From Paraspadella gotoi (taxonomy: Eukaryota; Animalia; Chaetognatha), in the NCBI GenBank assembly GCA_051294375.1, contig CM119269.1, positions 10,351,056 to 10,415,055 on the forward strand: a DNA stretch of 64,000 nt, given 5' to 3'. The notes under the pieces were generated by a model, which searched no databases, was not told where the DNA came from, and was given only the letters and a program-made list of their open reading frames with translations. Of the stretch, positions 27,190 through 38,320 are shown piece by piece. Each line of letters starts with the position of its first letter. Within the stretch, counting starts at the first letter, position 1. A program made the position numbers and the translations under genes.

Positions 27190-27700
27190 AGATTCCGGCT
27201 CTAGAATTCACTTTGTCGATCCGTCGGTCCGCCCTACCAATCTTGTCGGTATGTCACTTAAATCATGTCAGAACATACAAAAAATTTATTATGCTGTCTG
27301 TCTGTCCGTCCGTTCCGTCCCCTTAGCTTTGAACGGCAATTACTCATGATTGCTTGGTGCGTTTGACTTGAAATTTTGTAAGTGGGTTGGAAGTGTGTGA
27401 TTAAATGAAATCAAGTTCGATGCAATCGTCTGAGTGGAAATGAGTTTAAAATGTTTCACTAATTGATTATGCTTCTTTTTTCTTTTTATATGAAATGTAA
27501 ATGCAAGATGTATTAATTAATCAAATTAATGTGGATGGGGCGATTTACTTGGAATTTTGTGTGTGATTGAGCTTGGAATTCAAATTTCGATGGAATCGTC
27601 TGAGTGTAATGTAAATGCAATGGATCACAAATTGAAAGAATTTATCGTGATTTATCATTGTTTGCTCAAACTTGTTTTATGATTAATGAATAATATATTG
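27190..27700 (+). mobile_element. DINE-1/Helentron-associated (HINE)-like non-autonomous element
   Basis: GTCY microsatellite (gctgtctgtctgtccgtccgttccgtcc) followed by gacttgaaattttg. A related inverted copy lies at ~30600-31275. Confidence 0.45.
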
Positions 27701-27942
27701 GAGTAGCTTAAATGAAAACCGTGAAACAAAAAAAATTTAAACTGAAAATAGATATGGTGAAATGTTCAGTTAAATAATTCGGTTATGCGCTAGTATATGT
27801 AATCTAACATATGTGGAGTAAACACTTTAATTTTTTTTTATAGTTTTGGATAAATTATACTTCAGTTTTTCATTCTTACAATTTTTTTTCATCGTTCAAA
27901 CGTTTCTTGATTTTACACCTTTCCACTTCTAATCGAGATAGA

Positions 27943-28150
27943 CACCAACCGTTCATCAGTGGCCATTGTGCACGAGGCAAGTCATTCGCCTCCCAACCCA
28001 AAAGAGTCAGGGCGACCCGTGGCACGCGTGCAGTTAGCCATGAGGCGCTTAACCCCCTGTAACCGTGTTACACCTTTATCCGAAGCTCAGGGACTGCTTA
28101 TTATTGAACGGTTCTGTCATTAACACCATAACAACCTATTACTGTCTCTT
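27943..28150 (+). repeat. Degenerate copy of the structured ~235-nt dispersed element
   Basis: Shares caccaaccgttcatcagtggccatt...ccgaagctcagggactgc...attgaacggttctgtc with the copies at 28.3, 42.3 and 57.4 kb. Confidence 0.75.
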
Positions 28151-28291
28151 TATTGGTTGAGCCCAACTTCGAACACAACAGCAAACAAACAACACTTTCA
28201 GGGGACATGCCTCAAACTGGCGATGAACTTTCTACCAACAACAACAATTCACTGAGAGACGCAACAGACTTCTCCCTACGGGAGGGGGATG

Positions 28292-28526
28292 TATGGTGGA
28301 CTAAAATCCACCAACCGTTCAATCAGTGGCCATTGGTGCCGGAGGCAAGTCATTTCGCCTCCCAAACCAAAGGTCTGGGGTTCTAGCCCGGTGGCCGCCT
28401 AGCAGTTAAGAGGGGCGGGGCGCTTAACCCGCCTGTAACACGGTGTTACAGCCTGATCCGAAGCTCAGGATGCTTTTATTGAACGGTTCTGTCATTAACA
28501 CATAACAATAATTACTATCTCTTCAG
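28292..28526 (+). repeat. Structured ~235-nt dispersed element (full copy)
   Basis: Runs from tatggtggactaaaatccacca to ctcttcag, with several hairpins and the long-range pair aaccgttcaat/attgaacggtt. Confidence 0.85.
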
Positions 28527-30159
28527 ACAGATTAATAAAATAATTGTGATACTAATTTTAGGATTTATTTTTTAGTATAAAGGCTCCAATTCGGACGTTA
28601 CATTCCTTCCAAGTGGAGAATCACCCCACAATATGCACTTTATGGATATTATGAAGGTACTGAACATTTACAGAGATATTCATCATGAGTATAAAAATAT
28701 TAAGACAAGTATTCAAATTAAATATTGAAATATATTTATATTTCTTTATAATATTAAAAAATATATATTTGAAATTATTTAATTTTTTTACATAACATAA
28801 TTAATGTTTTTAATTAATCACAGCTTTAACCAAGACCATAGTAATAGCTTGTGATTCCATCTTACCCCTTGGCCTCGTTCCTAATCCTTAACTCCAAGTA
28901 ATTTTATTAAAAACCACCATAGTGGAGTGGACCCAACAATTTTTAGATTAAGAATGATTTTATTTTTCAACAAGTTAATAACAATAACAGCTTCAGATGA
29001 GAACTTTCTTTGAGCAGTGTTTAACATCGACTAATATTAACTCAGTCCAAATACCAAAAGATAATAATAGAATAGTAACTTTATTACTAAGTATTTCAAT
29101 ATCCACCAACAGTCATTGAAATATGAGTAGCTGCTGCAGAGAAAAGAGCAACAGCAGCAGCAGAAGCCGAGACGCAGCTTCAGTATCAAAGCTCCATAAA
29201 AATTTAAATTAATTACCATATTCAAGTAAATTAGAAAACTTCATTTAATACCTGATGGTCTCAGAGGATTATTGATAGTTTGATGACCGTTTAACTGTGT
29301 TAATATCGTTTTTGATATTAATAAAAAAACCAAAATAGTTATTATTAACCAATGAGAGACCAGATATTCAAATTTAAATTTAAGCATGATTTGAGCCTTC
29401 AAAAATAAAATGCCAGGGCTCAATTCAGACAAAAATTATTATAAACCCTTTAACACTAAGTCTATAACAGGAGAAGAGAAAGAGAGAAAACGATCGAGGC
29501 CAGTTTGGACGAGGTTGCGTGTTGTAGTTGTTCGCCCACAGGGGGTTCAGTGAGGAGACCTAACTCGACCGCTTTTATACATTAAAACATTTTAAGTATT
29601 TTGCTCACATCAGTTTCAAACTTGAGTTGTATATTCGTTTTTAAGAGGCATGGGAATAATGCTTAATAATTTTAAATATGCCTTTTTTATAACATTTTGC
29701 CTTTTAAGATTTAAATACATTGATTACGATCGTTTGTTTTTAGAAAATTGGAAGCGGTCCATGATCTTTTCATTTTATTATGAATGAAAGTAAAGATTTC
29801 GACAGTTCGGTAAAAAAATGAAGCGAATTTAGTTAGTCGTTAGGGTTTAAGATACGGCGATCTATGTCAATGGAGTGGGTCAGAGATTTGGGAACCTTCC
29901 TAAACGAAACTACATAATAAATTTCTGAGAAAACTTTCAATGGACCAATATTTTTTTAATATTTATTTTTAGATAAAAAAACAATTTTAAAAAAAATTTG
30001 TATTTTTAAAAGTAGAATCAAATAGCGTACAAACAAGTTTGAGCAAACAATGTCGGACCTGCCCACGATAATTAAACTGTAATTAATTAAATAAATATGG
30101 AAATAAAAAAAAAATAAATAAATTACAAATAATTTTTTTAATTATTATTATTTTTTAAA

Positions 30160-30545
30160 CATGCATCATTTCTTAACTCGCATAATTTTTTAAATTTGCC
30201 ATTATTTTTTTAACTTGCCTTCATTTTTTCAACTTGCTTCATTTTTTCAACTTGCATCAGTTTTTCATCTTGCATCATTTTTTCCACTCGCATTATTTTT
30301 TTTAACTCACATCATTTTTTAAACTTGAATCATTTTTCAACTTGCATCATTCTTTCAACTTGAATCATTCTTTCACTTGAATCATTCTTTCAACTTGAAT
30401 CATTCTTTCAACTTGCATCATTCTTTCAACTTGGATCATTCTTCATCTTGCATCAATACTTCAACTTGAATCATTTTTTCAATATGCATAATTTTTTATC
30501 TTGCAATCATTTTTTCAAAGTGCATCATTTTTTCACTTCGATAAT
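30160..30545. repeat. Minisatellite with a ~20-nt unit (TCAACTTG[C/A]ATCATT[C/T]TTT)
   Basis: Many imperfect tandem copies are directly visible. Confidence 0.85.
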
Positions 30546-30599
30546 TAATTAATTAATTAAACATTATGAGTAATCGTAATAATAAAAATTCAAGTCAAC

Positions 30600-31275
30600 T
30601 TGACTTTGGCTTTTTTCATGCAAACTAATTTCCACTACTCGATTCCAACTTTATGTCATGCTCAATCACACATTTTCCTACCCACACACAAAATTTAATC
30701 TCAATCTATCCATTCAATTATGATTAATAAATTAATTATGGATTAAAGTTATTTAAAAATTCAAATAAAAGTGACTTATGTTTCTTTCTATTTAAATTCA
30801 TTTCTACTCGCACGATTCCATGAAAACTTTATATCAAACTCACTAACCAACTTTTCCTACCCACACACAAAATTTAATTTCCAATCTATTCATCCAATTA
30901 TGATTTATTTGAGTAAATTATGGTTAAAATTAGTAAAAAGATTTAAGTTAATTTGACTTATTTTTTTCCCATTTAAACTCATTTCCACTCGCACAATGTC
31001 CATCGAAACTTTATTTCCAGCTCAATCATACACTTTCCTAACACCACACAAAATTTTATTCCAATCCATCTATGCAATTACGAGTAATTGGAGTTTAATG
31101 AAAAAGTGGACGGACCTTCCGACAGACGGATGACGGACGGTCGGACATCGTTTGTTTTTTTTGCTTAATTTAGCATTATATGACTTTCTAATGTGATAAA
31201 AAATTATTTACCAACAAAGATTTAGGGGTGGGACCGACGGACCGACAAAAAGTGAATTATTGAGTCGGAATTGCT
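30600..31275 (-). mobile_element. Inverted copy of the HINE-like element, with an internally repeated ~175-nt unit
   Basis: Contains ggacggacc...gacagacggatgacggacgg and ggaccgacggaccgacaaaaagtgaatt, the reverse complement of motifs at 27200-27320. Confidence 0.45.
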
Positions 31276-31639
31276 GATGAGCAGATCGACTAAAAAGTAT
31301 CTGCACAAAGTATAAATCTTTTCTCAATATTTTGATCAGTGGATCATAGAAGAAGTTTGAATTGCTTTCAACAACGATTTATTGGTACATAGTGACGTAC
31401 ATGTACCAATAAATTATTGGTTACATAGTGATGTACATGTACTAATAAAATTATTGGTAATACTACATAGTGACGTACATGTACTTCAAACTTCTTCTAT
31501 TATTTCAAACACAACGAAACAAGAAACAAGAAATTCACGATGATAAGTGGATCAAAATTGAAAAAAAAATATTATTTTGGAAATTTACTATTTTAGAAGG
31601 ATATAAAGAGGATACTGTTCCCAAACCATATGATCAAAA

Positions 31640-32584
31640 ATTTTGTACTAATTAATCATACTATCTTACGTCCTTGTTTGACTATTCAAATAAATTTTTT
31701 TGTCTTGAGTGCTCCACTCTACTACTTAGGCTAATTTTCCATTCGTTATGAGAAAGCCTTGAGCGAATCAATTAACGGCGCCCAAGATTAAGCACTTCGT
31801 CGTCGTCTTCGATAACAGATTCTGCGTTTGTGATTTTATTTTCTTTCTGCCTCTTACAATTTTTCACCTCTTTCCTCTGCGCTCTTTCACTTCCCTCCTC
31901 CTCCTCCTCCTCCTCCTCCTCCTCCTCCTCCTCCTCCTCTATTAGTTCGTCTCCGTCATCTCCGGCGCCATCGTCATCGGCATCGCCTTCGTGGTCGACG
32001 CTTCCCGGCAGCAACATCTTCACTTCGGCGTCAAACTGCAGTCGTTATCGGCGGTTCTCTTTCCGCCATTTTCTTGGCCGCTTATTTCGTGAGGATCGTT
32101 ACCGCCAGGGGCGTTGTGACCGGTGAGGTGTGGTTGAATAAAAGTGACGATAAAAATAAGTAATAAGTAATAAGCAATTTCGTTAATAAGATTTATTATT
32201 TATTTTTTTTTTTTCATTTCGTAAAAAGTTGAGTTTTCCCTCGGCCTCCCCCCCACAAAAAAACAATCAGCAATCGGAAGCAAGCAAGTAGTTAACATAA
32301 AAACAGAATTAATCAAAGATTAAGAGAAAAAGAGGAAGGTGAGAAAATTAGGGAGTGAAAGTACACGGAAATGGAAAGTGAGAGGAGGTAAGTAAATTAA
32401 GGAAAAGGTGAGAAATACGACACCACGAAAATTAGGAGGCAGCAAAGAAAATAAAGCCAAAACAACGAAAAACAAAAGAGAGGCGTGAAAAAAAAGATTC
32501 CTTTTAACACAAGAAATTCTGGAAGAAAACTAAAAAGATGTCGCAACGAAAGAAAAGCGAAGTTTTCAAAGATTAAATCAAAAA

Positions 32585-32646
<62 letters not shown>

Positions 32647-34105
32647 CTCTCCCGACTGTCCTCATTCCCGACTCTCTTCTAACTTAGATCTAAGTTCTTT
32701 TTGACTAATCATGATCATCCCAAATAAACTTAAAAAATTGAGATCTTTTAACTTATAATTTAAATACAAATTCCGTCTTCCTTTCAGGCTGGGCGGCCTC
32801 CTTCGCTCTCAGCACTTGGGTGGTTCATTGGCTCGGTCCTCTACCCGGCGAGGGAGACGACCTCTTGCCGACCTTCGTCGACGCCGAGCTCTGCAACGCC
32901 ACCTCGGCCTCACGTGACGGGCGACGCCCTTCTCCCTCGACAACTTCACGTCGAAGTTCGAGAGCGACTCTCGCGCGATGAGGATCATCGTTGAAGCCTC
33001 GCGGATTCGTTCCAGTGCTGATGGTGATGATGATGATGATGATGATGTGATGATTGGCTCGGTTGGATGGCGAAGTCTCGAAGGCCTGTGAAGGGTTGAA
33101 AGTATTTGCGAGTGTTTGGGTAGTGCAGGGGAGTGCTGGAGATTGCGTGGGACTTCTTGGAATGCTTGGAGGGAGGCAAATATTTGTTGATGTTATACAT
33201 TGAACTCTTGTTGTTGGAGTGGGAGTGATGGTAAGGGGATGCAATAAAGGATTCTCTCACTAAACGTGAACTGGCACGATACACAGTGATGAGCGGTATT
33301 TATTGTAGAGAGCTCACCTCGGTTCGGCTTGAAACGGTTTGGGTAAGTTCAGTGGATATTGGAGATCAAATAAAGTTCTTGTGAAATCATGCTCAATCTG
33401 CAGCAAAAGGTAGGGACGGCCAAAGCATCATTAATCATTTGAAATGCTTAGAATAAGGAACTAGAAAATAGATAATAATATAAAACCCCGACACTGGCTG
33501 ATCAAATAATTATATACACGTGATTTGTATAAGAAAAGAGAAGGTTTATACAAAATAACAAATGATGATTAAGAATAATTAATCATAATCATACGTAAAG
33601 TTTTATTAATTATACACAGACGAAATAAGTTTATTTCCATTCCACGTTTGGCGAAAGTTTATGTCCAACATTTGTCTCCGGCGAAATTTGATACAGAGAT
33701 TTCTTTCTCAACCTCGATATTAACTCTATATATCTCAAACCTTTCAGAGTACGAAGGATTCGCCATTTACAGACTGAGTTACCTTTGGTCGGTGTTTCTC
33801 AGCCGCCGTATTTATGGTCGTCGCCGTTGTCGTCAGTCTGTTGGACGGCGGGCTCGAAGTCGGTAAAAACATTGACTCGAGGTAAGCAATTTCTTAGATC
33901 GTCAACCAATCGATTATTTGGATTTGTCAGTTGAATCGATGATTTAATATCAATCGAAGTTCAACAAATTAATTAATTAATTAAGTTAAATTTGTTTTAA
34001 TTAAATCTTTCAAAATCAATTCAATTAATTTAAATAAGTTCGATAAATTTATTTAAAAAAATATGGAAAAGGGTTAGCCCTATGTCTTTCAAAAAGATTT
34101 AATCT
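31640..34105 (+). pseudogene. Indel-rich second copy of SLC5A exons 8-10 with their introns (copy of ~23490-25958); probable assembly artefact
   Basis: Near-identical to 23490-25958, with scattered 1-nt indels that break the frames. Confidence 0.7.
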
Positions 34106-35100
34106 TTAACCGTTTTCTTTCAGGGTTTATTTTTACTTTTGATAAACTATTCTCGGACTGACGGGAGACAGTTCCTCATAAAGTTGCGCTGGACGAAAAT
34201 GATTTTGAAATGAAAAAGGTTAGGAATAAGGATGGTCTGTATCGTTGTATAGTTTCATTATTTGTGGTAGTTTCAATTTGGATTTTTCTTAAATTCAGGA
34301 GAATAATTCTTTCATTCAATGTGTTAAAAATTTTGACTTGAACAAGGCCCATATTATATGATTTGTTAATGTGGAACCGAAATACTCTTAAAATAAATCT
34401 CTCTTCTGGAACACTTGGATGTGTGATGCAACCTCAAATTTGTCTTTAATTGAAAAAACTGATAAGCATGACGCAGAATAATTCAATAATGAGTTGGTAA
34501 TTTAATGGTTTTTCCTGAAAAAATGATCAGAAATCGTTGGTACAAAAATATTTTTTCTGATTCTAGTTTTTTTTTTACTTTGGTTTTTAAAAACGCATCA
34601 TTTGTATTTTCAAAAAAAAACCCGGTTATTCCCCAAGTTTTTACCGAGAACTTCCAAGAGAACACAGAGAGAGAGAGAGAGGAGAAGAGAGAGAGAGAGA
34701 GGAGAGAGAGAGAGGAGAGAGAGGAGAGAGCACTTCTCTCCTCCTCATCCTACTCTCAAATCGGAAGACGAAATANNNNNNNNNNNNNNNNNNNNNNNNN
34801 AATCGAAGCACGAAATAACAAAGCCCTTCCAACAACAACAATGAAAAAACCTTTTAAATACTACGTACTTTTTTTCATAATCACAGCTACTGTACAGTAC
34901 TGATATTAAAGAGTCGTTTCTCTGAAGATCATCCTGTATTTTAATCGTTTTCGAATCGAAGCTTGACTGCGACTCCGAATTCTGCGGGACGACTGTCGAC
35001 GACAACTTGATTTTCAAGTTTCGCTAGCTATTTCGCGCAATTATCGATCTATTACCGTTAATTCAAAATCGAGATAATTGGCGCTAAAACCGCTAGATAC

Positions 35101-35185
<85 letters not shown>

Positions 35186-35203
35186 TAATAATAATAATAA
35201 TAA
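35101..35203. repeat. (AAT)n microsatellite
   Basis: Directly visible. Confidence 0.95.
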
Positions 35204-35600
35204 TCACAATTCACTAGTGTACTAAGTACGTAAAGGTTAATTTTCGAAATAAATTTCTTGACATATTTAGACTTTCGTTCCTTTAGTTTAATTGCTTATT
35301 CATTCATTTACTATTTGATAGACTAATTTGTTTATTCAGTCATTTATCCATTTAGTTATTTCATAGATTCGTTTTGCCTTCTTCTTAATCTCAACATTTG
35401 GAATCCTTATTAATCATTACCTTATTAATTATAATCACATTAACCACAGTTCTCGAGACACAAATCTGATTAACCTTCCGGTTTGCCACGCCTCCGTTTC
35501 GCGATTCGCCGCAGCGACGACTCATGTCGATCAAACCGAAAAAAAATATTCTTAAAAAATATCGCGATTTGAAATTTAAGCTAAAAACAGGAAAAACGGA

Positions 35601-38276
35601 ATGTCGTCGTCGTCATCTTCGCCTCGTGATGTAGCGTCACCTGTTGACGTTGAAAAGAATTTGAGAAACGTAAAAATCGCGTCAGGAAGCGAAACCGGAA
35701 CGAGTGAACTTAGCGTGAAAGTAAGTGAATTGTCAGTAAAAAGTAAAGTAAAAGAAAATTAAGTATTAAAAGTAAAGTAAAAGTAAGTGAATCATCCTCT
35801 TGGCTCTTTAAGAATTAAATTAAATCATTACATCACTCAAATTAATCTATAAAATTTAATAGATAATTGACGTTTGACGTTTGCTGTTGACTATTTATTA
35901 GTCCTTAGTCCATTGCACAAATTTCGAGTTTTGTAACATCAATGAACAACTTTTTTGAAGGACAACGTCTCCTCGTCGGAGTCGTCAACCTCGGCCGTAA
36001 AATTGGTCGCCAAAGGCGGCAAGCCCGTCCAGGTATACGCTATACACTGTGTAGCATTCAGTTTGAGACATCATCTGTTTTTACGTTCATACCATGATGG
36101 AAAAAAAAAGTGTCGCGGCTACTTTCCAGCTAGTTTTCGGCATTTTAATGTAAGAATCAAAAAATAAAATTTAGATATTAAAAAACTTTGGGCTTTTTTG
36201 ATTCATATAAGCTGTGTCTCATTTATGTATGAAAAAAATACAGGAGTTTTATGTAAAAAAAAATGCGTTGACCAAAAAAATGCTTCCTTAATTTTTATTT
36301 TTTTTATATCTACACTTTTTATTTATACTCATTTCCGGTTTTTTTTTATTACGTTTTAAAAATCCTTGCCTTTTCTCAGTCTCATGTCAAATGGTTATTG
36401 CATTATCTTCATTAGGATAAATTCAGGGATGAATCTTAATTCATATATAAAAAAAAAACAATATTAAAAATACATTGATGCTGTAAATGTTACAGAATAT
36501 TATTTTTAAATTGTAAAGTATTAATAAAAGTTATAAGGTTCTGGGTAACCTTTCTGTAAACAAAGTAATAATTTTTATTTATCTTTAGATGTATTATCAG
36601 AATCAAGTATCAAACAAGTCTAAAAAGAAAAAAATAAAAAAATTTTGTTAAAGTGAAAGACAATATTCCTCACATTATGCAGTAACAACTCAAGCCTGGT
36701 TTACTTTACTGAGGATCAATATTTTTACTGCCTTGCTAAGGACCATTTTTTGCCCACAATCTGATAAAAAATATCATGTCAAAGTAGAGCACTATCTAAA
36801 GTATCTAAAGTATTTTAAAATTATATTCATGACAATAAGGTGCCCCTATAGACCTTTCCCCCCCAGTATGTATCCCTATCAGAACATACAATTCTACATG
36901 GTAGTCTTATCCCCTATTGGTAAAAAATCATTATAACGTTGGTCCCTCAAAATTATCCATTCCCACCCTTTTCTGTTTCAGCCTCTTAGATATTATGATT
37001 TTTCATTAATGACTTCTAACAGAAATGATGTGTGATATCTTATTAGAAAAACTAGACAGATAGTAATCTAACCTTGTGTTGTATAGATGCTCCCTCTATT
37101 TCAGAGAGACAACACTGACTTCCCCTTCCCAAATTGTATTATAGATAAATAAACATTTTTAAAAAAGAAGCAATATATGTTTGAATAAATAATATAGATT
37201 AAATACTAATCCTTCAATAAAATATTAAAATATTAAAATATTAAAATAGAAAAATGAAAATAGTGAAACAAGTAATTTGCAAATTTTCATATAATTTTAA
37301 CAATAATATCAGTAGTTCTCTTAATCAAAAAGAAGTGAAAACAGTTAGAGACAACCTCTTTAGGAAGTATTGAATACATTAAAAAATTTAATGCTGTTGA
37401 AAAATAAATCATTTTATTCAATTTTAGGGAGGTCATATTACCTATTAAAACTTATTTATTAGCCAAAAAATATATTTGACAATAAATTAACTGACTTTTC
37501 CAAACCGCGACACTTTTTTTTCCATCATGGTACGACAAAAGCTTCTATATTCTATTTCTCTCTCTCTCTCTCTCTCCTTTTGTAAAAATTTTGTATAGCA
37601 TTTCAAAAACTTGTTAACGCTGATGAAGACTCGTAACAAGAGTCGAAACAAGTACATTTCTTTATGAATTAAAATCGTTGTTGAAATAAAATTTAAAACT
37701 TTTTCTAAATATATGTAAAACTTGTATTTATATTAAAAAAGGTGAGTCTGATTTTCGCGCTTCACTTTGTTTTAAGAAAAATTTCTCTAAAAACATAATC
37801 AGTTAGAGAAAACAAAATATTTGTTACCAAAATATCTAAATTACAAAAAATAAAATTTAACCGAATTTAACCGTTAAAATAAAAAAAATAACGGTTAAGT
37901 TAACGTTAAGTTAACGTTATTACCGGTTAATTTTTAACGGTTAAGGAATCTCTAGTTGTAGATACTTTACTCTATCCTTCTGACTACGAAACAGCGACGC
38001 GGTAACGGGAACAGAGACTCCGAGAAAGTTGAACAAAAGCGGAGAGAACGAACGGTCAAATCCATGTCAGAGGATTCCAGTCCGCCGCCGTCTGATGTCG
38101 GGGTAAGCTTTTTCGCACGCGGGGCGTAGGAAACATTGTTCTTGGTCAAAATGAACGAAATCATCAAGATGGCGACGTATCGAAAAAGAGTAAACAAATA
38201 AGTCCGCTTTAAAAATTAGACCCGAGAGTCCCGTTTACAGATGCAAAACACGAGTACGGTTACTGTCGCGAAGGGA

Positions 38277-38320
<44 letters not shown>

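Noticed and set aside
30160-30545. Regularly repeated ~20-nt unit as a CRISPR-like array
   Set aside because: Head-to-tail minisatellite with no unique spacers, no cas genes, and a eukaryotic context.
31270-31300. CTGATGAG as another hammerhead core
   Set aside because: No stem II or GAAA box follows.
37855-37945. Cluster of AACCGTT/AACGGTT/GTTAAC palindromes
   Set aside because: Low-complexity AT-rich palindromes typical of decayed transposon subterminal repeats; no boundaries or TSD could be defined.
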